Origin: Alloprevotella sp.
GTDB lineage: Bacteria; Bacteroidota; Bacteroidia; Bacteroidales; Bacteroidaceae
Direction: 5' to 3'
NCBI GenBank assembly: GCA_045124135.1
Contig: JBGVLE010000076.1
Location: 19,382-83,381 of the forward strand
DNA length: 64,000 bases
Under the pieces are notes generated by a model, which saw nothing but the letters and a program-made list of their open reading frames with translations, searched no databases and was not told the origin of the DNA. Within the stretch, counting starts at the first letter, position 1; every line of letters begins with the position of its first letter. The position numbers were made by a program, and so were the translations under genes. Below, one piece after another: positions 17,551 to 27,647 of this stretch.

Positions 17551-18819
17551 TTAGAGTTGCGGGGAAGTGTTGCCGTGGGCGGCAGAAGGGGTGTCGTTTA
17601 CTTTATGACCAACCGGATGTGAACCGGAAGTCTGTGCCTTACGGCCGCCCTCGGACATTTCCAGCAGCAGGCCGAGCGGGCAGAGGCATCTGCACCACGG
17701 ACGGGGGATGAACAAGCCGGCCACCACGAAGACCAAGGCCAGGACGATGACACCAATGCCGGCCGTGTGCAACGAGAAGAGGGCGAAGGGTTCGTAGTCG
17801 AGCAGCCAGGCGCCGGCGCCAAACCACAGGGCGGCCAGCAAAGCCATCAAGGCCACCATGCGCACCATACGCATCACGTTGAAAACCGCTTGCGACACCT
17901 TGACCTTAGGCACGGGCAACATCCAGGCCAGTTCTTGAAGGGCACCATAGGGACACACCCAGTTGCAATAATAATGGCGTCGGCCCAGAATGGGCATCAC
18001 GATGGCCACAAGCAAGACAATGACCAGCGGCAAGTAGAGCAAGGGGTCGAGGCCGTGACTGATCCAGCCGCGGAGCAGCGATACCGAAAGCGTCTGCCCG
18101 GCCCAGAAGCCCAAGACGCCGACATTGAGCAACAACACCGCCACCCGCACGGCCTTGACGCGTTTGTTTGACCAAGCAGCCATAGCGCCAAGCGACAGGG
18201 CCACGACGACCACCACCGTCAGCCCCCAGCGGATGCCGGGCGTGTCTTGGTCGGAAGTGAATGTGTCAGAACGTGCCGCCAGAGTGAGGCGCAGTGTCTC
18301 TTTGATGCCGTTGCTCGACATCGTGGCACCGCTCATGGCGTCGAGTTTGGAGGGATGAATTTGGTTGAAAGTCTTGCCCACCACCTGCTGAAACAGATGG
18401 GCCTCGGCTTCGGCGTAATAGTCTGGTGTCTCAGCATTTTCGCCTGAGGCCAGTGCCTTGAGCGTGTCGGCCGAGAAAAGCAGATAGAGCGGCGTGGCCC
18501 CGGCAAAGCCTGTCACCTTGGCGGCATAGGGTTGCGTGGCTACGAGCAGGCCGATGTTGTCCCCGGCCGCCGATTTTACCAGCCATGAGGCCGAGTCGTT
18601 GGGTTGCAGACTGACGTTTTCTGCCAGTCCCAGACGGCTGATGGCCTCTTTGTCGGGCAGCAGTGAGTGGTCGGTGAGCTGGGCGCTCTGAGGGCCTGCG
18701 CCAATCTCCATACCGAGCAGCCGGCCCGTCCATACGACGGTGCCTGCCAACAGCAGGAAAACGATGAGCAGGGATATGGCGTGTTCGAGCAGATTGATGA
18801 GTTTGTTCGTGTGGAGCAT
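17551..18819 (-). CDS. Membrane protein with FMN-binding domain and 4Fe-4S (NosR/NapH-like) domain
   Basis: GFAGATP, ETPDY, DAMSGAT flavinylation-type motif; CNWVCPYG and CRCLCPLG. Confidence 0.8.
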   Translation of the reverse strand: MLHTNKLINLLEHAISLLIVFLLLAGTVVWTGRLLGMEIGAGPQSAQLTDHSLLPDKEAISRLGLAENVSLQPNDSASWLVKSAAGDNIGLLVATQPYAAKVTGFAGATPLYLLFSADTLKALASGENAETPDYYAEAEAHLFQQVVGKTFNQIHPSKLDAMSGATMSSNGIKETLRLTLAARSDTFTSDQDTPGIRWGLTVVVVVALSLGAMAAWSNKRVKAVRVAVLLLNVGVLGFWAGQTLSVSLLRGWISHGLDPLLYLPLVIVLLVAIVMPILGRRHYYCNWVCPYGALQELAWMLPVPKVKVSQAVFNVMRMVRMVALMALLAALWFGAGAWLLDYEPFALFSLHTAGIGVIVLALVFVVAGLFIPRPWCRCLCPLGLLLEMSEGGRKAQTSGSHPVGHKVNDTPSAAHGNTSPQL

Positions 18820-18861
18820 ATAAGCGATTGTGCGGATGAGACGTGAGGTGAGGGAGTCTGT

Positions 18862-19908
18862 TTAGGCTTCACGCAAGAAGTCGAAAGCCTCAAAGACGTC
18901 TTTTTGTGTGGCGTGGCAGTCGAGGGCTATGTTGCCCACGCCGTTGAGCAGGGTGAAGTTGATGACGCCGGCTTGGTTTTTCTTGTCGTGGCGCATCAAG
19001 TCGTATAGGTGGTCGTAGACCTTGCAGTCGAAATCAAACGTGCCATAATAATCGCGGATGAACCTGACGCATTGCCGCATCACGCTCTCAGGGAATTGGC
19101 GAAGCGTGCAACTCAGATAGAGTTCGCACACCAGTCCCCAGGCCACGGCATACCCGTGCAACACGGCCCTGTCTTGTTCGAGAGCCAGACTCTCAAGGGC
19201 GTGGCCGAAAGTGTGTCCGAGGTTGAGCGCTTTGCGCAGACCGTGTTCGTGTGGGTCGGCCTTGACAAACTCTTCTTTCACCTTGATGCTTTCGGCCACC
19301 ATAGTTTGCAGCCGCGGCAGGTCGGGGTGTTTCAAGTCGAAGTCGAGATGCCGGCTGAGCAGGTCTTGGCCGCTGAGCAGGGCGTGCTTGAGCATTTCTG
19401 CGTAACCAGAGCGGATGTTTTCGCTATCGAGCGTGTGGAGAAACTGCGTATTGATAATCACGGCTTCGCTCTCGTTGAACACACCGATTTCGTTTTTCAG
19501 TCCGTCGAAGTTGATACCGGTTTTACCGCCCACGGCTGCGTCTACCATAGCCAATAGGGTGGTGGGGATGTTGATGAAACGAATGCCACGCTTGAAGGTG
19601 GAAGCGGCAAAACCGCCCAAGTCGGTCACCATACCGCCGCCGAGGCAGACCATCATGCTGTGACGCGACCCGCCGTTACGGCCAAGTTGTTGCCACACGG
19701 AAGCCAGCGTGTCTAGTGTCTTATGGGTATCGGTGGTTCCGATGACGATGTGGGTGGCACCCTCAAGCGCCTTGCAACCGTTGAGCAAGGGCAGGCATTG
19801 TTCGTGAGTGGTGGTGTCGGTGAGCACAAAGAGTCTGTCGGCCTTAGCCTCGCAGAGCGCAGTGACCTCGTCGCAGAGTGCGGTCGACAAGATGATTTGT
19901 TGAGCCAT
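18862..19908 (-). CDS. aroB: 3-dehydroquinate synthase
   Basis: GGGMVTDLGGFAAS, PTTLLAMVDAAVGGKTG, LNLGHTFGHALE. Confidence 0.95.
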   Translation of the reverse strand: MAQQIILSTALCDEVTALCEAKADRLFVLTDTTTHEQCLPLLNGCKALEGATHIVIGTTDTHKTLDTLASVWQQLGRNGGSRHSMMVCLGGGMVTDLGGFAASTFKRGIRFINIPTTLLAMVDAAVGGKTGINFDGLKNEIGVFNESEAVIINTQFLHTLDSENIRSGYAEMLKHALLSGQDLLSRHLDFDLKHPDLPRLQTMVAESIKVKEEFVKADPHEHGLRKALNLGHTFGHALESLALEQDRAVLHGYAVAWGLVCELYLSCTLRQFPESVMRQCVRFIRDYYGTFDFDCKVYDHLYDLMRHDKKNQAGVINFTLLNGVGNIALDCHATQKDVFEAFDFLREA

Positions 19909-19913
19909 GGCGT

Positions 19914-20369
19914 TTAGTCTTTTTCGTAGTCGATAATGGCCTGACGATAGGGTTCGGGGATATCGGCCGAGGTTTGTGTTTTGAGAGAGAAGCAAACCAT
20001 CACCGTGGCGCACTGGCACACCACGTTGCCTGTCTTCTCATTGATGGCGCGCTGTTCGAGCGTAAAGCTTTTCTGTCCCAGGTGCGATATGCGGGTTTCC
20101 ACCACTATGGGGTCGCCATAGAAGATGGGCGAAAAAAAATCGGCGTTGATGTTGGCCACCACCGGCACGACGTCGGCGTTGCGATAGTTCACTTTGAGCA
20201 CCTTCACGAGATAGTCTTCCTTGCCCAGATCATAAAAGGCGAAATAGGCGTTGTTGTTGACGTGGCCGTAGCGGTCTACGTCGTTGAAGCGTAACTGTAT
20301 GGGCAGACGGTGGCGGAAGTGTTTGAGTTCGTCGGCCACGTTGGGTTTGGGTTTGCCGTGGGTTTCCAT
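19914..20369 (-). CDS. Acyl-CoA thioesterase (4HBT/YbgC-like)
   Basis: RFNDVDRYGHVNNNAY motif. Confidence 0.85.
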   Translation of the reverse strand: METHGKPKPNVADELKHFRHRLPIQLRFNDVDRYGHVNNNAYFAFYDLGKEDYLVKVLKVNYRNADVVPVVANINADFFSPIFYGDPIVVETRISHLGQKSFTLEQRAINEKTGNVVCQCATVMVCFSLKTQTSADIPEPYRQAIIDYEKD

Positions 20370-20500
20370 ATTGATGGAGATGGGAGGATGAAAGATGAGA
20401 TTAGACATGAAGACCCGGCAAAAGTGACCACGCACTGGTGGGCATTTTGTCGGGTCGGATAAATGGGTTGGCACAGGGGCGGATTGAGGTTCAGACCATA

Positions 20501-21385
20501 TTATTTGCTCATCGACATTGCGCCGGAGCCTATCATCTGACCGTCGACAAAGATATAGGCCGAGTAGTTGCCGGCACTGAGGTATTCTGAGACGGCAACA
20601 TAGACGGTGACGTGTTGCTCCTCGCCCGTGTATTCTATGGTGCGGGCGGCAGAATAGTCAATGTCCTTGTTCTCGTAGCGGAATGTGCCACTGCGACCTA
20701 CCACGTCGTTCGTCGGCTTAAGCAGGCGGACGTAGACCGCGCGGTTGCCCGTCTTGGCCGTGACGTTGCGGGTGATGGTGAAGTTGATGGCAAACTTGGC
20801 CACGTCTTTGCTGCGTTTGGCGGCTTTGCCGTTGCTCTTGAGAGCACTGATGCTGATGCCGGTGGCATTGAGCTGTGAAGCCACGGCCACTTGGTCTGAA
20901 AGTTGGCTGTTGCGCTCGTTCACCTGTCGGTTTTCCTGTCGGGTGCGCTCGGCTTCGGCGCGTGCTTCGTCGCGTTCGGTGGTGAGCGTGGCGTTGATTT
21001 GTTGGAGCGAGTCTACTTGGCGCACGTAGTCTCTCAAGACGGCACGCACGGTCTCCAGTTCTTTTTTGAGCCGGAGGATTTCGGCGGCGCTTGTGGTCTT
21101 GAGGTTTTTCAGCTCTTTGAGCAGTTCTTCGGCGCGGCGCTGTTCGGCGTCGAGGCGGGCCACAAGTGAGTCGTCTTTGATGTCTTTTTTCATTTCGCCA
21201 TATTGGGCAGCAAAGTCGGCATATTGGTTTTCCATTTCTTTGCGGTCCATTTCGGCCAATTGGCGAAGCTCTTCAAGTTCCTTGTCTTTGTCGCTTTCGC
21301 TCGACGAACCGCCACAACCTGTCAGCCCGGCTGCGGCCGTAAGGCTGATGAAGGCAAGGATAAATCGGAGAGTCAGTTTTTTCAT
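20501..21385 (-). CDS. Hypothetical lipoprotein, long coiled coil plus C-terminal beta domain
   Basis: Lipobox LTGC; heptad-rich central region. Confidence 0.65.
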   Translation of the reverse strand: MKKLTLRFILAFISLTAAAGLTGCGGSSSESDKDKELEELRQLAEMDRKEMENQYADFAAQYGEMKKDIKDDSLVARLDAEQRRAEELLKELKNLKTTSAAEILRLKKELETVRAVLRDYVRQVDSLQQINATLTTERDEARAEAERTRQENRQVNERNSQLSDQVAVASQLNATGISISALKSNGKAAKRSKDVAKFAINFTITRNVTAKTGNRAVYVRLLKPTNDVVGRSGTFRYENKDIDYSAARTIEYTGEEQHVTVYVAVSEYLSAGNYSAYIFVDGQMIGSGAMSMSK

Positions 21386-21406
21386 TTTCGGTAAGTCTGA
21401 TGGGTG

Positions 21407-22429
21407 TTAGTCAATGACGGTGTTCCAGCCGTGTACGTCGGGTTCGATTCCATACTGGATGTTGCGGAGTTTGTGATAGAGTTTCTCAGAGACCGGCCCG
21501 GGTTTGCCGTCTTTGGCAATGACGTAGCTTTTGTGGTTTTCCATGTCGTCGATGCGGCCGATAGGACTGATGACGGCTGCAGTGCCGCAGGCGCCGGCTT
21601 CTTCAAACGTGGCCAGTTCTTCTTCGGGGATTTGGCGGCATTCCACGGCCATACCCAGATCTTTGGCCAGTTGCTGGAGACTCTTGTTGGTGATGGAGGG
21701 CAGGATGGACGTAGACTTCGGCGTGATGTATTTGCCCTCTTTGATGCCGAAGAAGTTGGCGGCGCCACACTCGTCGATGTATTTCTTCTCTTTGGCGTCG
21801 AGATAAAATTCGCAAGAGTAGCCGGCGTCGTGGGCCATCTTGTTGGCACGCAGACTGGCAGCGTAGTTTCCGCCCACCTTATAAATACCAGTGCCAAGCG
21901 GCGCGGCGCGGTCAAATTCACGGATGATGACGTAATTGGTTGTAGCGAAACCGCCCTTGAAATAGGGACCAACAGGAGTGACGAAGATGAGGAAAAGATA
22001 TTCGTCGGCCGGGTGAACGCCCACTTGGGCACCGGTGCCGATGAGCAACGGGCGCAGATAGAGGGCAGCACCGCTCTCGTAGGGCGGAATGAAACGCTCG
22101 TTGAGTTTCACCACTTTCTTGGCCATCTCGATAAACAGTTCGGTGGGCACCTCAGGCATCAGAATGCCGCGGCAAGTGCTTTGCAGGCGCTCGGCATTGT
22201 CTTTGAGGCGGAAAATACGGATTTTGCCGTCGGGGCATCTGAAGGCCTTCTGACCCTCAAAGGCTTCCTGTCCGTAGTGCAGGCAGGTGGCGGCCATATG
22301 GATATTGATGGTGTCTGACGAACAGACTTCGATTTCTCCCCATTTACCGTTACGATAGGCGCAACGCACGTTGTAGTCGGTGGGCATATAGCCAAATGAA
22401 AGGTTGGCCCAGTCAATGTTGTTTTCCAT
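21407..22429 (-). CDS. ilvE: Branched-chain amino acid aminotransferase
   Basis: LHYGQEAFEG, LYLRP, KVGGNYAASL, ECGAAN, ILPSIT, CGTAAVISP. Confidence 0.95.
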   Translation of the reverse strand: MENNIDWANLSFGYMPTDYNVRCAYRNGKWGEIEVCSSDTINIHMAATCLHYGQEAFEGQKAFRCPDGKIRIFRLKDNAERLQSTCRGILMPEVPTELFIEMAKKVVKLNERFIPPYESGAALYLRPLLIGTGAQVGVHPADEYLFLIFVTPVGPYFKGGFATTNYVIIREFDRAAPLGTGIYKVGGNYAASLRANKMAHDAGYSCEFYLDAKEKKYIDECGAANFFGIKEGKYITPKSTSILPSITNKSLQQLAKDLGMAVECRQIPEEELATFEEAGACGTAAVISPIGRIDDMENHKSYVIAKDGKPGPVSEKLYHKLRNIQYGIEPDVHGWNTVID

Positions 22430-22579
22430 TATCTGAATGTTTTGTTGTTTAGCTTGAAAGGTGACGGCAATGCTTTCGAATTGCTTATAATCTCTGCAAA
22501 TTTACGCATAATCATTGGAAAAGGCGGTCAAAATGTGATAAATATGCGTTTGACGGCCTTTGAGTGGTTTTTAAGACGC

Positions 22580-22614
22580 AAAAATCCCGGGCCGAAAGAG
22601 GACCCGGGATTTTT
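22580..22614. terminator. Rho-independent terminator after the acyl-CoA dehydrogenase gene
   Basis: AAAAATCCCGGG / CCCGGGATTTTT inverted repeat. Confidence 0.75.
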
Positions 22615-22645
22615 CTTATGGTGGCTGTCACGCCTAAACGTGCGG

Positions 22646-24355
22646 TCAGCCCTGAGCGTAATCTGCCAAGTCTGCCGTCGTCAGGGAGGTGATGAAACTA
22701 TAGTGCTTGGCCACGTCGGCTTCGGCATGGCGGGCATACACTTTCACACTCTTACCGAAGAGTTCGGCGTTGGTCGTGGCGTTGTGGAGCAAGAGGTGGA
22801 GCATGATGATATCGGCAGCCATTTCGACGAGGTGGCGCGCACAGAGGTCGTGGTAGTTCTGGTCGGCTGCCTCTTTGACGCGTGCTACTACTTCCTCAAA
22901 CTTGTTGGCCATCTCTACGGCTTTGGCGCTGATGGCGGCATAGTCGGCGCTTACTTCGGCACCCTCAAATTCGCGCATCTGAGCCAGATAAGAGCCGTTG
23001 GTGACGTAGCGGATGGCGGCTACGACCTGAAGCTGCGTGGTGCCTTCATAGATAGAGGTGATGCGGGCGTCGCGGTAGTAGCGTTGGATGGGGTAGTCCA
23101 TCATAAAGCCCGAACCGCCGTGTATCTGGATGGCGTCGTAGGTGTTTTGGTTGCAATATTCAGAGTTCATACCCTTGGCCAGTGGTGTGAGCGAGTCGGC
23201 CAGTTTGGCATATAGCTTCTGCTCTTTGCGTTCCTCGGGCGTGAGTTTGCGCTCACGGGCGATGTCGTCGAGTGCCTTGTAGATGTCGACGTAGCGGGCA
23301 CACTGATAGAGCAGGGCGCGGCCGGCGTCGAGTTTGGCCTTCATCGTGGCGAGCATATCCTGTACGGCGGGGAACTCAATAATGGCTTTGCCGAACTGTT
23401 CGCGGTCGCGGGCATAAGCCAGACCTTCGTTGTAGGCAGCCTGTGAGATACCTACACTCTGGGCGGCAATGCCCAGGCGGGCACCATTCATCAGGGCCAT
23501 CACATATTTAATAAGACCCAGCTTGCGCTCACCGACAAGTTCGGCCTTGGCATTCTTGTAGACAAGTTCGCAGGTGGGCGAACCGTGTATGCCCAACTTG
23601 TTTTCGATGCGGCGCACGTTGACTCCGCCGTCGCGCTTGTCATAGATGAACATAGAGAGGCCGCGGCCGTCGGAGGTGCCTTCTTCAGAGCGTGCGAGAA
23701 CGAGGTGGAGCTCGGCGTCGCCGTTGGTGATGAAGCGTTTCACACCGTTGAGGCGCCAGCAGTTTTCGGCTTCGTCAAAAGTGGCTTTAAGCATTACGCT
23801 CTGCAGGTCGCTGCCAGCGTCGGGCTCAGTGAGGTCCATCGACATCGTTTCGCCCTCGCAGATACGTGGAATGAAGCGGCTGTGTTGGTCTTCGTCGCCA
23901 AACTCATAAAGCGTCTCAATGCAGTCCTGGAGGCTCCAGATGTTGCCAAAACCGGCATCGCTTGCTGCCACCAGTTCGGCACACATCGTGTAGGGTGTGA
24001 TGGGGAAGTTGAGACCGCCATAGCGGCGCGGCATAGTCATACCGTTGAGGCCGGCTTTGACCATGGCGTCGAGGTTACGGGCGGTGCCTGATGCATAATT
24101 AACGCGGTCGCCCACGTGATGGGGGCCTTCGAGATCCACACCTTCGGCGTTGTCGGCAATGGTGTTGCCGGCCAGTTCGCCTGTGATGTCGAGCACGCGG
24201 TCAAAGTTGTCCATGGCATCGTCAAAGTCGAGCGGTGCGTAGTCGTAAGCGTCTTTATCGCGGAAGTCGCGCTCTTTGAGTTCCACGATGCGCTTCATGA
24301 GCGGATGGTTAAGTTCAAACCTCAGCTCGGGGTGGTCTGTATAATTGTTGGCCAT
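22646..24355 (-). CDS. Acyl-CoA dehydrogenase (ETF-linked)
   Basis: MDLTEPDAGSDL, GVKRFIT, ENKLGIHGSPT, IQIHGGSG, SIYEGTTQLQ. Confidence 0.9.
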   Translation of the reverse strand: MANNYTDHPELRFELNHPLMKRIVELKERDFRDKDAYDYAPLDFDDAMDNFDRVLDITGELAGNTIADNAEGVDLEGPHHVGDRVNYASGTARNLDAMVKAGLNGMTMPRRYGGLNFPITPYTMCAELVAASDAGFGNIWSLQDCIETLYEFGDEDQHSRFIPRICEGETMSMDLTEPDAGSDLQSVMLKATFDEAENCWRLNGVKRFITNGDAELHLVLARSEEGTSDGRGLSMFIYDKRDGGVNVRRIENKLGIHGSPTCELVYKNAKAELVGERKLGLIKYVMALMNGARLGIAAQSVGISQAAYNEGLAYARDREQFGKAIIEFPAVQDMLATMKAKLDAGRALLYQCARYVDIYKALDDIARERKLTPEERKEQKLYAKLADSLTPLAKGMNSEYCNQNTYDAIQIHGGSGFMMDYPIQRYYRDARITSIYEGTTQLQVVAAIRYVTNGSYLAQMREFEGAEVSADYAAISAKAVEMANKFEEVVARVKEAADQNYHDLCARHLVEMAADIIMLHLLLHNATTNAELFGKSVKVYARHAEADVAKHYSFITSLTTADLADYAQG

Positions 24356-24361
24356 TGTCGT

Positions 24362-25384
24362 TTATTTGCTGTTTTCTTTGTAATACTTGATCATCTTGGG
24401 CACGACCTCTTCGACCGAACCTGTGATGACGTAGTCGGCAATCTGGTTGATGGGGGCTTCGGGGTCGGTGTTGATAGAGATGACAATGCCGCTCTCTTTC
24501 ATTCCGGCCACGTGCTGGATGGCACCGCTGATGCCGCAGGCGATGTAAACCTTCGGGCGCACGGTGACGCCGGTCTGGCCAATCTGCCGGTCGTGTTCGC
24601 AGAAACCGGCATCGACGGCGGCGCGACTGGCACCCACCTCGCCGTGAAGTTCTTCGGCCAGTTTGACCAGCAGGTCGAAACCCTCTTTTGAACCAACGCC
24701 ATAGCCGCCGGCCACCACGATGGGAGAGCCTTTGAGGTTGTTGCTGGCCTTTTCGACATGGCGCTCGATGACCTTGACCACATAGTCGGTCTCGGGCACA
24801 TACTTGGCCACGTCTTCGTAGATTATATCGCCATTATAATATTCGGCCACTTTTTCAGCCTTCATAACGCCAGAGCGCACGGTGGCCATTTGCGGTCGAT
24901 TGTCGGGGTTGACGATGGTGGCCACGATGTTGCCGCCGAAAGCCGGTCGGATCTGATAGAGCAGACCGTCATAGTGTTTGCCGGTCTTCTTGTCGTCGTA
25001 GTCACCAATCTCGAGGGCAGTACAGTCGGCCGTGAGTCCGCTGGTAAGCGACGAAGACACGCGCGGACCGAGGTCGCGACCGATGACAGTGGCGCCCATC
25101 AGACAAATTTGCGGTTGCTCTTGTTTGAACAGGTTGACCAGAATGCTGGTGTGGGGCTTGGAGGTGTAGGGATAGAGACCTTTGGCGTCAAACATATGAA
25201 GCTTGTCCACGCCGTGGGCCAGAATGTCTTTTTCCACTTTTCCCGTGATGCCGCTGCCGGCAGCGATGGCTTCAAGCTGTACGCCGAGCTGGTTGGCGAG
25301 TTTGCGGCCTTTGGTGAGGAGTTCGTAAGACACCTCTTCGACGGTTGTGCCGTCTATTTCGCAATATACAAATACGTTGTTCAT
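24362..25384 (-). CDS. etfA: Electron transfer flavoprotein subunit alpha
   Basis: GLTADCT, RPAFGGN, GASRAAVD, QIGQTG, CGISGAIQH. Confidence 0.93.
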   Translation of the reverse strand: MNNVFVYCEIDGTTVEEVSYELLTKGRKLANQLGVQLEAIAAGSGITGKVEKDILAHGVDKLHMFDAKGLYPYTSKPHTSILVNLFKQEQPQICLMGATVIGRDLGPRVSSSLTSGLTADCTALEIGDYDDKKTGKHYDGLLYQIRPAFGGNIVATIVNPDNRPQMATVRSGVMKAEKVAEYYNGDIIYEDVAKYVPETDYVVKVIERHVEKASNNLKGSPIVVAGGYGVGSKEGFDLLVKLAEELHGEVGASRAAVDAGFCEHDRQIGQTGVTVRPKVYIACGISGAIQHVAGMKESGIVISINTDPEAPINQIADYVITGSVEEVVPKMIKYYKENSK

Positions 25385-25433
25385 TTCTTGAAAGTTGATT
25401 GCGTCGTTGTGTGTTAGTCCGGAAGTGAGTGAC

Positions 25434-26309
25434 TCATCCGATGGTATGGCTTTCGAGCAGTTCTTTGATGAGGCCTTCCACGTCGGCGTCGGCACCTGTG
25501 AGGCGCTTGCTCTCTTTGGCTTTGAAAACAATGTTTTGCACGGCCTTCACCTTGGTGGGCGAGCCGGCCAGACCGCATTGGTTGAGGTCGCCGTCCACGT
25601 CGGCCACGCTCCATTGCGTCACGGTGAGGTAAGGCTTACGCTCATATTCCTCGGCATAAGGCAGACTGCCGTCGGCCGGCCGCTCCATAGGGGCAGAGGC
25701 ACGTTTGTATTTCATCACGAGTTTGGCGTTGCGAGGGCGGCAAGGTGCGGCGTTGCCGTTGACTGTAATCAGGACGGGCATGGGCGCTGTGACGCGTTCG
25801 ATGCCGCCGTCGATGGTGCGCGTCAGCGTGACGATGCCGTCTTTCACACTGTCCACGCTCGTCACGTATGTCACCTGGTTGATGTCGAGCTTCTGAGCTA
25901 CTTGCGGCCCCACCTGTGCCGTGTCGCCGTCGATAGCCTGGCGGCCGCCAATGACGATGTCGGGCAGACCGATCTTACGGATGGCCATAGACAGGGCGTA
26001 GCTGGTGGCCAAGGTGTCGGCGCCGGCAAAGGCACGGTCGGTGAGCAACACGCCGCAATCGGCGCCGCGGTAGAGTCCTTCGCGGATGACGTCGGTGGCG
26101 CGGGGAGGCCCCATCGTCAGAATAGTCACGGTAGAACCTGGATGCTCGTCTTTGAGGCGCAGGGCCTGTTCGAGCGCGTTGAGGTCTTCGGGATTGAAAA
26201 TGGCGGGCAAGGCGGCACGGTTGACGGTCCCTTCGGGAGTCATCGCGTCTTTACCCACGTTGCGCGTGTCGGGTACCTGCTTGGCAAGTACAACTATCTT
26301 CAGACTCAT
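25434..26309 (-). CDS. etfB: Electron transfer flavoprotein subunit beta
   Basis: KQVPDT, NPED, MGPP, AGADTLATS, GRQAIDGDTAQVGP. Confidence 0.93.
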   Translation of the reverse strand: MSLKIVVLAKQVPDTRNVGKDAMTPEGTVNRAALPAIFNPEDLNALEQALRLKDEHPGSTVTILTMGPPRATDVIREGLYRGADCGVLLTDRAFAGADTLATSYALSMAIRKIGLPDIVIGGRQAIDGDTAQVGPQVAQKLDINQVTYVTSVDSVKDGIVTLTRTIDGGIERVTAPMPVLITVNGNAAPCRPRNAKLVMKYKRASAPMERPADGSLPYAEEYERKPYLTVTQWSVADVDGDLNQCGLAGSPTKVKAVQNIVFKAKESKRLTGADADVEGLIKELLESHTIG

Positions 26310-26504
26310 TTGTAATAATAATTATAAGGTGTATAGTATTAGTGTAGAACGAAAAAGAAGTCCGGAGGGGTTAAATCCCTCTTCTCGGCGAAGTTAGTGC
26401 AACTCGGCGAAAAAGCCAAAATTATTACCGGTTTTTTCAGCCTCACGGGTTTTGCCGGGGTGTAAAACCTTCCCCGTTAAGCCCTTTCAGCGCCTGTGTT
26501 GATC

Positions 26505-26540
26505 AAACAAAAGACGACCGGCAACAATGCCGGTCGTCTT
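26505..26540 (-). terminator. Rho-independent terminator after leuB
   Basis: AAGACGACCGGC / GCCGGTCGTCTT stem followed by a T-rich tract on minus. Confidence 0.75.
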
Positions 26541-26564
26541 GAGATGTATGAAAAGGGTTGGACC

Positions 26565-27626
26565 TTAGTGGTTGCGGATGTAGTCGGCAATCCACGCGCC
26601 CACCTCTTTGGTGCCGTATTTGGCGCCGCCCTCAACCTGGATTTCGGGGGTGCGGACGTTTTGGGCCAGACTGGCGTCGACGGCCTCGCGGATGAGGGCA
26701 CCTTCGGCCGTCAAGCCGAAATATTCAAACAGCATGGCGGCTGAGAGAATTTGAGCCAGAGGATTGGCTATGTTGAGGCCTTTGGCTTGAGGCCAGGAGC
26801 CGTGGATGGGTTCAAACACAGGGGTGCTCTCACCGGTAGAAGCCGAGGGCAGCAGACCCATAGAGCCTGTGATGCAAGAGCCCTCGTCGGTGAGGATGTC
26901 GCCAAAGGTGTTTTCGGTCACCATCACGTCGAAATAACGCGGTTCTTGTATCATACGCATGGCCGCATTGTCCACATACATGAAGTCGGTCTCAATGTCG
27001 GGGTGCTTGGCGGCTACCTCTTTGGCCACTTTGCGCCACAGACGGCTCGAAGCCAAGACGTTGGCCTTGTCCACCACGGTGACGTGCTTGCGGCGGCGAC
27101 CGGCGTATTCGTAGGCCACTTCAAGGATGCGCTCCACCTCCTGGCGTGTGTAGGCATTGGTGTCGTAGGCATAGTCATCGCCCTCTTTCTTCTCGCCGAA
27201 ATACATACCGCCGGTGAGCTCACGGATGCAGATGAAGTCGGCACCTTTGACGAGTTCGTCTTTGAGCGGGGATTTATGCACGAGGCAGTCGAAGGTGGTC
27301 ACGGGACGTATGTTGGCAAAAAGACCGAGCTTCTTGCGCATGGCCAGCAGGCCTTGTTCGGGGCGCACTTTGGCGTTGGGGTTGTTGTCGAATTTGGGGT
27401 CGCCCACCGAAGAGAACAACACGGCGTCTGCCTCTTGGCAGATTTTGAAAGTCTCTTCGGGGAAGGGATCGCCTACGGCGTCGATGGCAGCGGCGCCGCA
27501 AAGGGCCGGCGTGAAAGTGATGTCGTGGCCGAAGCGGCTGGCAATGGCTTTCATCACCTCGACGCCCTGCACGGATATCTCGGGTCCGATGCCGTCGCCG
27601 GCCAAGACTGCAATGTGGAGTTTCAT
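26565..27626 (-). CDS. leuB: 3-isopropylmalate dehydrogenase
   Basis: [37 protein letters not shown]. Confidence 0.93.
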   Translation of the reverse strand: MKLHIAVLAGDGIGPEISVQGVEVMKAIASRFGHDITFTPALCGAAAIDAVGDPFPEETFKICQEADAVLFSSVGDPKFDNNPNAKVRPEQGLLAMRKKLGLFANIRPVTTFDCLVHKSPLKDELVKGADFICIRELTGGMYFGEKKEGDDYAYDTNAYTRQEVERILEVAYEYAGRRRKHVTVVDKANVLASSRLWRKVAKEVAAKHPDIETDFMYVDNAAMRMIQEPRYFDVMVTENTFGDILTDEGSCITGSMGLLPSASTGESTPVFEPIHGSWPQAKGLNIANPLAQILSAAMLFEYFGLTAEGALIREAVDASLAQNVRTPEIQVEGGAKYGTKEVGAWIADYIRNH

Positions 27627-27647
27627 ATCTTGTATGTTTTGAGTTTG

